64,000 nucleotides of DNA from an uncultured bacterium (GCA_937900255.1 CALCDZ010000002.1:73655-137654), one strand, 5' to 3'. Positions 1 to 9,385 are shown, counted from the stretch's first letter. A program made the numbers and translations. The notes: generated from the sequence alone by a model not told the origin.

Positions 1-2
1 GC

Positions 3-695
3 GTGGCGTATGGGCTTTACGACATGGATCATCTCATCCGGAACCTCGGCATCGCGGTCATAGGCGGTCGCCCGACCCTGACGATCGACTCGACGGCGGT
101 CCGGGCATTCGAGGACTTCCTCTTGGCCCGGTATCATATGTTCCTTCAGGTCTATCACCATAAGACCACCAACGGGTTCGACCATTTCCTGAAACAGGCC
201 TTCAGTCGGCAGGAGGTAGGCATCCGCATCCCGGGAAATGTCGCCGGATATCTCGAGATGCGCGACAGCACCTTCCTGGAGGCGCTTTTCGCGGCCGCAC
301 GGGATCCGGAGCACGCCTGGGCCCGGCGTTTCGCCCAGCGGACGCCTGCCAAACGCCTCTATGCCGCGAGCGGCGATCGGGCCGGTTCCCGCGAGACGCT
401 GAAGAAGCTGCGGCGCGCCTTGACCAAGGCGGGCGTTCCGCATTTCGCCATCAACTCCCATCAGTATCTTTCCAAGCTCGACGCGTTCCGCAAGGGACGG
501 AAGCCGGGCGACGGCCGGATGTTCGTGCGCGAGAAGCGCCTCGGGCGCCTGCTCTTCACCCCGGTCGAACATTACAGCGCCCTGCTCAAGAAATATAACG
601 AGGTCATCGACATCGTGAACCTCTACGTCCTGCCGGAGCACCTGCGCGCCGCGCTCAAGGTCATCGAGGCCTCCGGCCTCGGCGCCGACGCGTGA
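3..695 (+). CDS. HD-domain phosphohydrolase (dNTP triphosphohydrolase/SAMHD1-like C-terminal region), 5'-truncated by window edge
   Basis: ORF runs off window start; C-terminal region resembles HD-superfamily dGTPase-like proteins (YHMFLQVYHHKTT motif region). Confidence 0.5.
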   Translation: MAYGLYDMDHLIRNLGIAVIGGRPTLTIDSTAVRAFEDFLLARYHMFLQVYHHKTTNGFDHFLKQAFSRQEVGIRIPGNVAGYLEMRDSTFLEALFAAARDPEHAWARRFAQRTPAKRLYAASGDRAGSRETLKKLRRALTKAGVPHFAINSHQYLSKLDAFRKGRKPGDGRMFVREKRLGRLLFTPVEHYSALLKKYNEVIDIVNLYVLPEHLRAALKVIEASGLGADA

Positions 696-743
696 CCTTC
701 GGCCTGGACGGGCCGGCTCCGGCGTGCTACCTTCAGGCTTCCT

Positions 744-1871
744 ATGGCGATTCCCGCGTTCGAACTGCTGCTCTCCGGGGAACCGAAGTTCCGGCTTTCC
801 CAGGTCCGCGACGCGAAATACCGCTCGCTGGTCTCTTCGTGGTCGGAAGCCACGTCCTTGCCGCCCGAACTACGCGAGAGGCTCGACCGTGAGGCGCCGA
901 TTTCCTGCCTGACGCTCGCGGCTGAAACGGTCTCTTCGAAGGGCGATACCGTCAAGTGCGCGTTCCGCTGTGCCGACGGGCAGCTGATCGAGACGGTCCT
1001 GATGCGACATGAGCAGGAACGGAACACGGTCTGCGTCTCTTCGCAGGCGGGTTGCCCGATGGCTTGCGCCTTCTGCGCGACCGGTACGCTCGGGCTGAAG
1101 CGCAACCTGACGTCGGACGAGATCGTCGATCAGGTCATGCATTTCGCCCGCAAGCTGAAGGCGGAAGGCGATACGGTCACGAACGTGGTCCTCATGGGCA
1201 TGGGCGAGCCGTTCCACAACTATGACCAGGTCATGGAGACCCTGCGCACCTTGAACGACCCCAAGGGCCTGGCCTTCGGCGTGCGGCGCATGTCCATCAG
1301 CACCTGCGGGATCGTGCCCGGTATCCTGAAGCTTGCGGACGATCCGCTTCGCGTCAACTTGGCGATCTCGCTGCACGCCCCGAACGACGCGCTGCGCTCC
1401 AACCTGATGCCGGTCAACAAGGCGTATCCGCTCGGCAAGCTGTTCGCCGCCATCCGCACGTATCTCGGCAAGACGAACCGCAAGGTCATGTTCGAGTACC
1501 TGCTCATCGACGGCGTGAACGATTCTCCGGAGATCGCCGAAGAGCTGGCGGACCTCCTGTGCAGGGAAAATCCTGACGGCAGCGGGCGGCCGACGCCGCT
1601 CTATCATGTCAATCTCATCAAGTATCACGCGACGGAAGTCCTTGGATCGGCCGCCGAGCGGTTCGGCTTGCCTGTCGATCCGTACACCGGGCGCGGGACG
1701 TTCCCTTCGAGTCCTGTCGAGCGCCGCCGCGCCTTCCAGCAGGTCCTCTACGAGCGCGGCATCTCCGTCACGCACCGCATCACTTTCGGAGAAGACATCG
1801 ACGCCGCCTGCGGCCAGCTCGCGAACAAGACTGCGGAGCTATGTGGAAAAAAGAAGGGAAAAAGAAGGTGA
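744..1871 (+). CDS. rlmN: 23S rRNA/tRNA adenine-C2 methyltransferase RlmN (radical SAM)
   Basis: CPMACAFCATG radical-SAM cysteine motif; length and architecture typical of RlmN/Cfr family. Confidence 0.9.
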   Translation: MAIPAFELLLSGEPKFRLSQVRDAKYRSLVSSWSEATSLPPELRERLDREAPISCLTLAAETVSSKGDTVKCAFRCADGQLIETVLMRHEQERNTVCVSSQAGCPMACAFCATGTLGLKRNLTSDEIVDQVMHFARKLKAEGDTVTNVVLMGMGEPFHNYDQVMETLRTLNDPKGLAFGVRRMSISTCGIVPGILKLADDPLRVNLAISLHAPNDALRSNLMPVNKAYPLGKLFAAIRTYLGKTNRKVMFEYLLIDGVNDSPEIAEELADLLCRENPDGSGRPTPLYHVNLIKYHATEVLGSAAERFGLPVDPYTGRGTFPSSPVERRRAFQQVLYERGISVTHRITFGEDIDAACGQLANKTAELCGKKKGKRR

Positions 1872-2953
1872 TGGTCGGCATGTCCGGCGGCGTGGATTCT
1901 TCCGTGGCCGCGGCGTTGCTGTTGGATCAGGGGTACGACGTGGTCGGCGCTTTCATGAAGAATTGGTCCGAGACCAAGGATCCCAAGACGGGGGAGTGCG
2001 CTTGGAAGGAGGAGCGGCGCGACGCCATGCGGGTGGCGGCGCAGCTCGGCATCGAATTCGTCACGTTCGATTTCGAGAAGGCGTACGACGAGGCCGTGGT
2101 CGGCTACCTCTATAGGGAATACGCCGCAGGACGCACGCCCAATCCCGACGTGATGTGCAACCGGGCCGTGAAGTTCGATCTGTTCTTGAAGGCGGCGGTC
2201 GAAGCGGGGGCTGATTTCATCGCGACCGGCCACTACGCCCGCGTCGTGAAAAAAGAAGACGGCTCCTTCGGCCTCTTGGCCGGACTCGACCGCAACAAAG
2301 ACCAGTCGTATTTCGTCTTCTCGCTCGGGCAGGAACAGCTCTCGGGCGTCCTCTTCCCGATCGGGCATCTCGACAAGCGCGACGTCCGGGCGTATGCGCG
2401 AGACCGCGGGCTCGCGACGGCCGAAAAGAAGGATTCGCAGGGCATCTGCTTCATCGGAAAAGTGGAGCTGCGGGATTTCCTGAAGCGCGCGTTGGAACCG
2501 AAGCCAGGAGTCATCGTCACGGTGGAAGGGAAGGTCGTCGGCCGGCACGACGATGTCCAGGCCTTCACGCTCGGTCAGCGTCATGGGCTCGGCGTCGGCG
2601 GTCCTGGCGAAGCCTACTACGTGGCCGCCATCGATATCCGGACCGCGACCGTCACCGTCGCCCAGGGCGCGGACCATCCCGCGCTGTTCAAGGATCGGCT
2701 CATCGCCGGAGGGTGGCATTGGGTCTCCGGGCATGCGCCGGGACTTCCGATCGCGTGCCAGGCGCGGATCCGTTACCGCCAGCCGCTCCAGGCATGCGAG
2801 TTGGCGCTCGGAATCGGCGAAGCGGACGCGCTCGAAGCGCGCTTCGCCGTGCCTCAAAGATCCGTGACGCCCGGCCAGTTCATCGTCCTGTACGACGGCG
2901 ACGAGGTGCTGGGCGGGGGCGTGATCGAGAAGGGGATCGCGTCTACGCCGTAA
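1871..2953 (+). CDS. mnmA: tRNA-specific 2-thiouridylase MnmA
   Basis: SGGVDSSV PP-loop, conserved MnmA core; start chosen at the internal ATG (MVGMSGG) abutting the rlmN stop. Confidence 0.9.
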   Translation: MVGMSGGVDSSVAAALLLDQGYDVVGAFMKNWSETKDPKTGECAWKEERRDAMRVAAQLGIEFVTFDFEKAYDEAVVGYLYREYAAGRTPNPDVMCNRAVKFDLFLKAAVEAGADFIATGHYARVVKKEDGSFGLLAGLDRNKDQSYFVFSLGQEQLSGVLFPIGHLDKRDVRAYARDRGLATAEKKDSQGICFIGKVELRDFLKRALEPKPGVIVTVEGKVVGRHDDVQAFTLGQRHGLGVGGPGEAYYVAAIDIRTATVTVAQGADHPALFKDRLIAGGWHWVSGHAPGLPIACQARIRYRQPLQACELALGIGEADALEARFAVPQRSVTPGQFIVLYDGDEVLGGGVIEKGIASTP

Positions 2954-2989
2954 GTTTTTCCGGCGCGGAACGTCTATGCTACAGTGAAG

Positions 2990-3244
2990 ATGAATCCCGC
3001 TTGCATGCGCCGCGCCATCCATTTCGTCAGACGCCACAAGTTCCTGGCCGCCGCCATGACACTGCTCATGGTCGGCGTCGGTTGCGTCGGCGCGGTGCGC
3101 GAGACGGCCAGGCAGCTGAAGGATGAGGCTTCGGCGCCGATTTCGGTGCCTGTACGCGCCTACCGACAGGCCGTCGATGCCGCCTCAGGCACGGAAGCGG
3201 TCAGAAGCCGCCAGATGGAGGAGGGCGGCCTCCTGCAGGAATGA
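2990..3244 (+). CDS. small hypothetical protein with one predicted TM helix
   Basis: ORF with hydrophobic segment (AAAMTLLMVGVGCVGAV); followed by its own hairpin terminator. Confidence 0.3.
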   Translation: MNPACMRRAIHFVRRHKFLAAAMTLLMVGVGCVGAVRETARQLKDEASAPISVPVRAYRQAVDAASGTEAVRSRQMEEGGLLQE

Positions 3245-3276
3245 AAAGGCCCGCGCCCTTCCGGCACGGGCCTTTT
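3244..3276 (+). terminator. rho-independent terminator-like hairpin
   Basis: AAAAGGCCCG...CGGGCCTTTT inverted repeat right after stop of small ORF. Confidence 0.5.
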
Positions 3277-3329
3277 CGGGCCTTGCCTGCCGCCGCTTCG
3301 CTCCGTATACTGTGCGTCGAAAGCCTGCT

Positions 3330-5195
3330 ATGACCACCAATGAGATCCGCGCCAAGTTCCTGGACTTCTTCAGGGAAAAAGGCCACGCCATCATCCATTC
3401 CGCTTCGGTCATCCCCGAGAACGACCCGACGGTCCTCTTCACGACCGCCGGCATGCATCCGCTCGTGCCCTACCTTCTGGGGGAGAAGCACCCGTCCGGA
3501 AATCGCCTGGCCGACGTGCAGAAGTGCGTGCGTACGGGCGACATCGACGAGGTCGGCGACAACCGCCACCTCACCTTTTTCGAGATGCTCGGCAACTGGT
3601 CGCTCGGCGACTACTTCAAGCGTGAGGCCATCACCTGGTCGTTCGAGTTCCTGACCTCCCCCCGCTGGCTGAATCTTGATCCGAACCGCATCTACGTGAC
3701 GGTCTTCGAGGGCGACGCCGACGCGCCGCGCGACCTCGAATCGGTCGGCATCTGGAAGGACGTGTTCCAGGCGCGCGGCATCGATGCCAACTTCAACCAG
3801 CGCATCTTCGCCTACCCGAAAGGCAAGAACTGGTGGGGGCCGGCCGGAACGACCGGCCCGTGCGGTCCCGACACGGAGATATTCTACGACACAGGACGCC
3901 GGCATGATCGGCGCTTCGGCGAGGAGTGCCACCCGAACTGCGACTGCGGGCGCTTCGTGGAGATCTGGAACAACGTCTTCATGGAGTACAACAAGACGGC
4001 CGCCGGCACGTTCGAGCCGCTCGTCCAGAAGAACGTCGATACTGGCATGGGGCTCGAACGCGTGACCGCCATGCTGCAAGGCAGGGACACCGTCTTCGAC
4101 ACCGAGAACTTCCGGGAGCTGCTTTCGGGAATCGGCGCGCTCGCCGCCAAGACGTATGGAGCGAGCGAAGAGGATGATCGCTCGATGCGCATCGTGGCCG
4201 ACCACGTCCGCACCGCGACATTCATGATCGGGGACCCGCGAGGCATCACCCCCTCCAACGTCGACCAGGGTTATATCCTGAGGCGCCTGATCCGCCGTGC
4301 CGTCCGCTACGGACGCCAGCTCGGGATCGAAGGCTTCTTCACCTCGAAGATCGCGGAAAAGGTCATCGAGCTGTTCGGCGACGCCTATCCGGAACTCCGG
4401 GAGAACCGCGATCGCGTCATCGGCGCGCTCGACGCCGAAGAGGACAAGTTCACGCGCACCTTGCAGAACGGCTTGCATGAGGCAGCCAAACTGAAGGAGG
4501 AACTCGCGAGCTTCCCCTTGATTCCTGGAGAACGCGCCTTCTACCTGTATGAGTCGTTCGGTTTCCCGAAGGAACTGACGGAGGAGGTCCTCGGCAAGAA
4601 GGTCGAGGAGGCCGAATGGGGCGCGGCCATGAAGGCGCACCAGGACCTTTCCCGCCAAGGCGCCGAGAAGAAGTTCAAGGGCGGCCTCGCCGATGCCTCT
4701 TGGGAGACGACGCGCCTGCACACGGCTACGCACCTCCTGCACAAGGCGCTCCGCAACGTGCTGGGGGAGCACGTCGAACAGAAGGGGTCGAACATCACCG
4801 CCGAGCGGCTGCGGTTCGATTTCTCGCACCCCAGCAAGATGACGCCGGAGGAGATCAAGAAGGTGGAAGACATGGTCAATGAAGCCATCGCCCGCGACCT
4901 GCCGGTGCACTACGAGGAAAAGACCGTGCCCGACGCCAAGGCCGGCGGCGCCATCGGTTTGTTCGAAGACCGTTACGGCGACAAGGTGAAGGTCTACGTC
5001 GTGGGCGATTACTCGATGGAGATCTGCGGCGGGCCGCACGTCCGCCACACCGCGCAGGTCGGGCGTTTCAAGATCCAGAAGGAAGAAGCCTCATCGGCCG
5101 GCGTCCGCCGCATCAAGGCGATCGTGGAACCGGTCCTGCCGGACGGCAGCACGCCGACCGCCGCCGAGACCGAACCGGCCGGGCCCAGGGAGTGA
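3330..5195 (+). CDS. alaS: alanine--tRNA ligase, short form (catalytic + editing domains, no C-Ala domain)
   Basis: N-terminal AlaRS motifs (FFREKGH, TTAGMHP, WSLGDY) and editing-domain HxxxH...CGGPH; only ~620 aa. Confidence 0.9.
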   Translation: MTTNEIRAKFLDFFREKGHAIIHSASVIPENDPTVLFTTAGMHPLVPYLLGEKHPSGNRLADVQKCVRTGDIDEVGDNRHLTFFEMLGNWSLGDYFKREAITWSFEFLTSPRWLNLDPNRIYVTVFEGDADAPRDLESVGIWKDVFQARGIDANFNQRIFAYPKGKNWWGPAGTTGPCGPDTEIFYDTGRRHDRRFGEECHPNCDCGRFVEIWNNVFMEYNKTAAGTFEPLVQKNVDTGMGLERVTAMLQGRDTVFDTENFRELLSGIGALAAKTYGASEEDDRSMRIVADHVRTATFMIGDPRGITPSNVDQGYILRRLIRRAVRYGRQLGIEGFFTSKIAEKVIELFGDAYPELRENRDRVIGALDAEEDKFTRTLQNGLHEAAKLKEELASFPLIPGERAFYLYESFGFPKELTEEVLGKKVEEAEWGAAMKAHQDLSRQGAEKKFKGGLADASWETTRLHTATHLLHKALRNVLGEHVEQKGSNITAERLRFDFSHPSKMTPEEIKKVEDMVNEAIARDLPVHYEEKTVPDAKAGGAIGLFEDRYGDKVKVYVVGDYSMEICGGPHVRHTAQVGRFKIQKEEASSAGVRRIKAIVEPVLPDGSTPTAAETEPAGPRE

Positions 5196-5275
5196 ATGCG
5201 CTCAACGATGATGGTCGCGAATCTTAGCGTATTTTCCGGCGCTATCCATCGTTTTTTTGACTGGCGTTAGCCCAC

Positions 5276-5304
5276 TTGACGCCTTTTGGCTCATTTGTTA
5301 GACT
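5276..5304 (+). promoter_or_regulatory. sigma70-like promoter TTGACG-N17-TAGACT upstream of infA cluster
   Basis: -35 TTGACG, 17-nt spacer, -10 TAGACT; identical hexamers recur upstream of the atp operon. Confidence 0.45.
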
Positions 5305-5391
5305 TCCGTCAAGCAAAGTCACCGCTTGGGGACTTGCGTCATTTTTTCGTTCGGACCCATCGTCCGACCGCTATTAATCCTGACGAGCAGA

Positions 5392-5628
5392 ATGCAGAAC
5401 AACGGTACCGGGGGAGCGGGAAAGGATTTCATCGAGGCCGTCGGCGTCGTTGAAGAGCTTCTTCCGGCCACGAACTTCAAGGTCAGGCTCGAGAACGACA
5501 TCATCATCCTGGCCCATCTCTCCGGGAAGATGCGGATGAACCGCATACGCCTGCTGCCCGGAGATCGCGTCAAGATCGAGATGACGCCGTACGACTTGTC
5601 CAAAGGAAGGATCGTCTACCGTTTCTAA
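5392..5628 (+). CDS. infA: translation initiation factor IF-1
   Basis: S1-like IF-1 sequence ([21 protein letters not shown]...[10 protein letters not shown]). Confidence 0.9.
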   Translation: MQNNGTGGAGKDFIEAVGVVEELLPATNFKVRLENDIIILAHLSGKMRMNRIRLLPGDRVKIEMTPYDLSKGRIVYRF

Positions 5629-5648
5629 GCCCGTCAAAAAAGCGCCAC

Positions 5649-5765
5649 ATGAAAGTCCGCTCGTCCGTCAAGAAAATCTGCCGCGACTGCACCGTGATCC
5701 GCCGCAAGCGGCGCGTCTGCATCATCTGCAAGAAGGACCCTAAGCATAAGCAGCGTCAGGGCTAA
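5649..5765 (+). CDS. rpmJ: 50S ribosomal protein L36
   Basis: 38-aa [41 protein letters not shown] between infA and rpsM; absent from ORF track because <60 aa. Confidence 0.85.
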   Translation: MKVRSSVKKICRDCTVIRRKRRVCIICKKDPKHKQRQG

Positions 5766-5781
5766 TTTGGCATCTATGGCA

Positions 5782-6171
5782 ATGGCACGTATCGCAGGCG
5801 TCACGCTCCCGAGCAACAAGCGCGTCCTGATCGCCCTGACCTACGTCTTCGGCATCGGAGACACCTTGGCCAAGCGCATCCTGGAGACGACCGGCGTCGA
5901 CCCGGACATCCGCGTGAAGGATCTCCCGGACGCCGACATCAACAAGCTCCGCGACCACATCGAGAAGACTATGAAGGTGGAAGGCGAACTCCGCCGCGAC
6001 AACCTCGCCCAGATCAAGCGCCTCAAGGAAATCGGTTCCTACCGCGGCACCCGCCACGCCAAGAGCCTCCCGGCTCGCGGGCAGCGCACCAAGACCAACT
6101 CGCGCACCACGCGCGGCAATGTCCGCAAGACGATGGGCTCCGGCCGCGTCAAGGCGGGCATGAAGACCTAA
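5782..6171 (+). CDS. rpsM: 30S ribosomal protein S13
   Basis: MARIAGVTLP... canonical S13 N-terminus; conserved gene order. Confidence 0.9.
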   Translation: MARIAGVTLPSNKRVLIALTYVFGIGDTLAKRILETTGVDPDIRVKDLPDADINKLRDHIEKTMKVEGELRRDNLAQIKRLKEIGSYRGTRHAKSLPARGQRTKTNSRTTRGNVRKTMGSGRVKAGMKT

Positions 6172-6192
6172 ATCATCCGGACGTAAACCTCT

Positions 6193-6648
6193 ATGGAAGA
6201 AAACGCCATCGTCGCCCCGGCCGAAGCCGCGGTCAAGACGGAAGAAGGGAAGAAGTCCGCCAAAGCGGCGCCTCGCAAGAAGACGAAGAAGAGCGTCCGC
6301 CAGGTCTCGCATGGACGCTGCTACGTCCAGGCCACCTATAACAACACCATCGTCACCCTGACGGACGCCAACGGCAACGTGCTGGCCTGGTCGTCCGCCG
6401 GCAAGGTCGGTTTCAGCGGTCCGAAGAAGTCCACGCCGTACGCCGCTTCCATGATCATCAAGGATGTCTGCGAGAAGGTGAAGGACACCGGTCTCAAGGA
6501 CGTCAACGTCTTCGTGAAGGGTATCGGTTCCGGCCGCGAGGCCGCCGTCCGCGCCCTGAACGCCAACGGCATCAACGTGCTCACGATCAAGGACGTGACC
6601 CCGATTCCTCATAACGGATGCCGGCCGCCGAAGCCGCGCCGCGTGTAA
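6193..6648 (+). CDS. rpsK: 30S ribosomal protein S11 (with K/A-rich N-terminal extension)
   Basis: Canonical S11 core ([18 protein letters not shown]...). Confidence 0.9.
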   Translation: MEENAIVAPAEAAVKTEEGKKSAKAAPRKKTKKSVRQVSHGRCYVQATYNNTIVTLTDANGNVLAWSSAGKVGFSGPKKSTPYAASMIIKDVCEKVKDTGLKDVNVFVKGIGSGREAAVRALNANGINVLTIKDVTPIPHNGCRPPKPRRV

Positions 6649-6652
6649 ACCT

Positions 6653-7282
6653 ATGGGACGCAATACCGAACCCAAATGCAAACAGTGCCGGCGCGAAGGC
6701 GAGAAGCTCTATCTCAAAGGTGAGAAGTGCCTCGGACCGAAGTGCCCCGTCACCCGCCGCGCGTTCCCTCCGGGACAGCATGGCCCGACCTCGCGCGCCA
6801 AGGTCACGCCCTTCGGCGTCCAGCTGCGCGAGAAGCAGAAGGCTAAGCGCATCTACGGGCTCATGGAGCGCCAGTTCGAGGGCTACTTCTCCAAGGCCGC
6901 CGGCCGCATGGGCGACACCGGCGTCTTCCTGAAGCAGTACCTGGAGATGCGCCTCGACAACGTCGCGTTCCGGCTCGGCCTCGGCAAGAGCCGCGCGCAA
7001 GCCCGCCAGCTCACTACCCACGGCCTGTTCACGGTGAACGGCAAGAACGTCAACATCCCTTCCTACCAGCTTCGCGCCGGCGACCTCATTTCCATCAAGG
7101 CGAGCAAGGTCAACAAGGGCGCGTTCAAGGAACTCAAGGAACGCCTCTCCAAGCACCAGCCGCCCGCGTGGCTTTCGATGGACGCTGCGACCGTCACCGG
7201 AAAGGTCCTGAACCGCCCGACCGCCGAAGAGCTCGACCAGAGCTTCGATTCCAAGCTGATCGTCGAATTCTACTCCCGCTAA
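6653..7282 (+). CDS. rpsD: 30S ribosomal protein S4
   Basis: Zinc-ribbon CKQCRREGEKLYLKGEKC N-terminus and S4 domain. Confidence 0.9.
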   Translation: MGRNTEPKCKQCRREGEKLYLKGEKCLGPKCPVTRRAFPPGQHGPTSRAKVTPFGVQLREKQKAKRIYGLMERQFEGYFSKAAGRMGDTGVFLKQYLEMRLDNVAFRLGLGKSRAQARQLTTHGLFTVNGKNVNIPSYQLRAGDLISIKASKVNKGAFKELKERLSKHQPPAWLSMDAATVTGKVLNRPTAEELDQSFDSKLIVEFYSR

Positions 7283-7356
7283 TCCCTGGCCTGTCCTTGT
7301 CGCCGACCGGCGATTGCTGATCTGTCGCGCCGGCCGCCGCGGGACTCCAAACACCT

Positions 7357-8160
7357 ATGGAAGACATCCTTCTTCCGTCGAAAATCGAAATCATCCGAGG
7401 CGAGCGCGAGAACGAGTCCGTCCTCATGATGGAGCCGTTCTTCCACGGATACGGCCACACGGTCGGCAACGCCCTTCGAAGGGTATTGCTCTCGTCCCTC
7501 CAGGGCGCCGCGGTCATCGCCGTCAGGATCAAAGGCGCTTCGCACGAGTTCCAGGCCATCCCGAACGTCAAGGAAGACGTGCTGGAGATCATCCTGAACC
7601 TCAAGCAACTGAGGATGAAGGTCTACTCCGACGAGCCGGTCAAGCTGACCTTGCACGCCAAGGGCGAAAAGAACGTCACCGGCAAGGATATCCAGGCCAA
7701 CTCCGACGTGGAGATCGCCAACAAGGAACTGCATATCGCGACCTTGACGGACAAGACTGGCGAACTCGAGATGGAAATCACGGTCGCGAAAGGCCGCGGC
7801 TACGTGGCGACCGAAGAACGGGGAAAGGAACGCAGCGAACTCGGTACCATCGCGGTCGACGCGCTCTACAGCCCCATCCGTTCCGTCGGTTACAAGGTGG
7901 ATGACGTCCGCGTCGGACAGGTCACGAACTACGACAAGCTCACCCTGACCATCGAGACCGACGGCACGGTGGATGCCGATGAGGCCATCCGCCAGTCCGC
8001 CAAGATCCTGATCGACCACTTCGCTCTCCTGGCCGGCCTGAATGCCGATGCCTCGAAGAAGGAAACGGAAGATGGGGAAGAGGAGGATGAAGAAGAGAAG
8101 GAGGAGTCGGAGGAGGGAGATGAGAAGCCCAAGAAGAAGGCTTCCAAGAAAAAGAAATAA
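7357..8160 (+). CDS. rpoA: DNA-directed RNA polymerase alpha subunit, N-terminal domain only, with acidic/lysine low-complexity tail
   Basis: alpha-NTD dimerisation/assembly region conserved; ends after ~230 aa in E/D/K-rich tail instead of alpha-CTD. Confidence 0.85.
   Translation: MEDILLPSKIEIIRGERENESVLMMEPFFHGYGHTVGNALRRVLLSSLQGAAVIAVRIKGASHEFQAIPNVKEDVLEIILNLKQLRMKVYSDEPVKLTLHAKGEKNVTGKDIQANSDVEIANKELHIATLTDKTGELEMEITVAKGRGYVATEERGKERSELGTIAVDALYSPIRSVGYKVDDVRVGQVTNYDKLTLTIETDGTVDADEAIRQSAKILIDHFALLAGLNADASKKETEDGEEEDEEEKEESEEGDEKPKKKASKKKK
8047..8157 (+). repeat. purine-rich (GAA/GAG/AAG) low-complexity coding repeat encoding the acidic-then-lysine tail of RpoA
   Basis: gaagaggaggatgaagaagagaaggaggag...aagaagaaggcttccaagaaaaagaaa. 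Confidence 0.6.
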
Positions 8161-8162
8161 GT

Positions 8163-8513
8163 ATGCGCCATCGGACGAGAAAAGCCATTTTGAGCCGAAC
8201 GAAAGGGCCGCGCGAAGCGCTACTCAGGACTTTGGCGACCTCCGTCATCCTGTACGAGAAGGTCAAGACCACCAAGGCCAAGGCGAAGTTCGTCCGCCCG
8301 CTGGTCGAGAAAGCCATCACGATCGGCAAGGCCGATACCCTGGCGGCACGCCGCCAGCTCATGACGATGTTCACCCTGCGGAACGCCGTGGAAAAGCTCC
8401 TCAAGGACTTGGGTCCAAAATACAAGGAGCGCAAGGGCGGTTACACCCGCATCACGGCCTTGAAGCGCCGGGAGGGCGACGCCGCGGAGATCGTCCAGAT
8501 CGAACTTATCTGA
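8163..8513 (+). CDS. rplQ: 50S ribosomal protein L17
   Basis: Canonical L17 sequence; follows rpoA as in most bacteria. Confidence 0.9.
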   Translation: MRHRTRKAILSRTKGPREALLRTLATSVILYEKVKTTKAKAKFVRPLVEKAITIGKADTLAARRQLMTMFTLRNAVEKLLKDLGPKYKERKGGYTRITALKRREGDAAEIVQIELI

Positions 8514-8517
8514 GCCT

Positions 8518-8883
8518 ATGCCGCGTATTCCCGCAAAACGCACCGTCCATGAGATCGATGCCGACGGCCAGGCCCTCGGGCGCCTCGCGACTCGCATCGC
8601 CAGCATCCTGATCGGAAAGACCAAGGCGACCTACGTGCCGAACTCCGACATGGGTGATGCCGTCAAGGTCAGGAACGCTTCGAAGATCAGATTGACGGGC
8701 AAGAAGATGCAGACCAAGGTCTACCATCATTACTCGCAGTACCCGGGCGGAATGAAGGTCCGCAAGGTCGCCGACGAGATGGCCAAGGATCCGGCCCGCG
8801 TCATCAAGGCCGCGGTCGACCGCATGCTTCCGAAGAACACGCTCCGCTCGCGCCGTCTCAAGCGGCTGACGATCGTCAAATAA
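8518..8883 (+). CDS. rplM: 50S ribosomal protein L13
   Basis: Canonical L13 sequence. Confidence 0.9.
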   Translation: MPRIPAKRTVHEIDADGQALGRLATRIASILIGKTKATYVPNSDMGDAVKVRNASKIRLTGKKMQTKVYHHYSQYPGGMKVRKVADEMAKDPARVIKAAVDRMLPKNTLRSRRLKRLTIVK

Positions 8884-8893
8884 AGCCGCGATT

Positions 8894-9385
8894 ATGACGA
8901 CAAAAAAAGAAGCCGCTTCCAAAAAGCCCGTTGCCAAGAAAGCGACGAGGAAGACGGCGGCGGCCGAAAAGAAGGCGCACTCCCACGACGTCACCGGCAG
9001 CTACTTCTACGCCGTCGGACGCCGCAAGTCGGGTATCGCCCAGGTCCGCGTCTATTTGACGGGCAAAGGCAAGATCACCGTCAACCGCAAGCCGATGACC
9101 GAGTACTTCCCGGTCGCGGAGCTGCAGGACGCGATCCTTCTCCCGCTCAAGGCGGCCGGCATCGACGCCACGGCCGATGTGGTGGCGGAAGCCCACGGCG
9201 GAGGCATCCGCGGTCAGGCTGAGGCCGTCAAGCTCGGCATCGCCCGCGCCCTCCTCGTGCACAACCCCGAACTTCGCGCCACCTTGAAGCCTCTCGGCGT
9301 CCTTACCCGCGATCCTCGCGAAAAGGAGCGCAAGAAGTACGGCTTGAAGAAGGCTCGCAAGAGCCCGCAGTGGGCAAAGCGCTGA
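8894..9385 (+). CDS. rpsI: 30S ribosomal protein S9 (K/A-rich N-terminal extension)
   Basis: C-terminal ...KKARKSPQWAKR and S9 core; rplM-rpsI pair. Confidence 0.9.
   Translation: MTTKKEAASKKPVAKKATRKTAAAEKKAHSHDVTGSYFYAVGRRKSGIAQVRVYLTGKGKITVNRKPMTEYFPVAELQDAILLPLKAAGIDATADVVAEAHGGGIRGQAEAVKLGIARALLVHNPELRATLKPLGVLTRDPREKERKKYGLKKARKSPQWAKR

Noticed and set aside
870-1775. Long antisense ORFs overlapping well-supported genes (870-1775, 1748-3037, 3201-5048, 5740-6681, 9755-11260, 14062-15021, 32674-35100, 49402-51624, 51161-52972, 58705-61083, 60960-63014 on the minus strand; 30330-31679, 44719-44973 and others on the plus strand)
   Set aside because: High GC suppresses stop codons on the non-coding strand. 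The products are Arg/Ala/Gly/Pro-rich with no motifs, whereas the opposite strand encodes proteins with unambiguous family signatures.
8040-8160. Purine-rich GAAGAG repeats as a possible non-coding repeat element
   Set aside because: They lie in frame inside rpoA and encode its E/D/K tail, so they are recorded as a coding low-complexity repeat, not an independent element.
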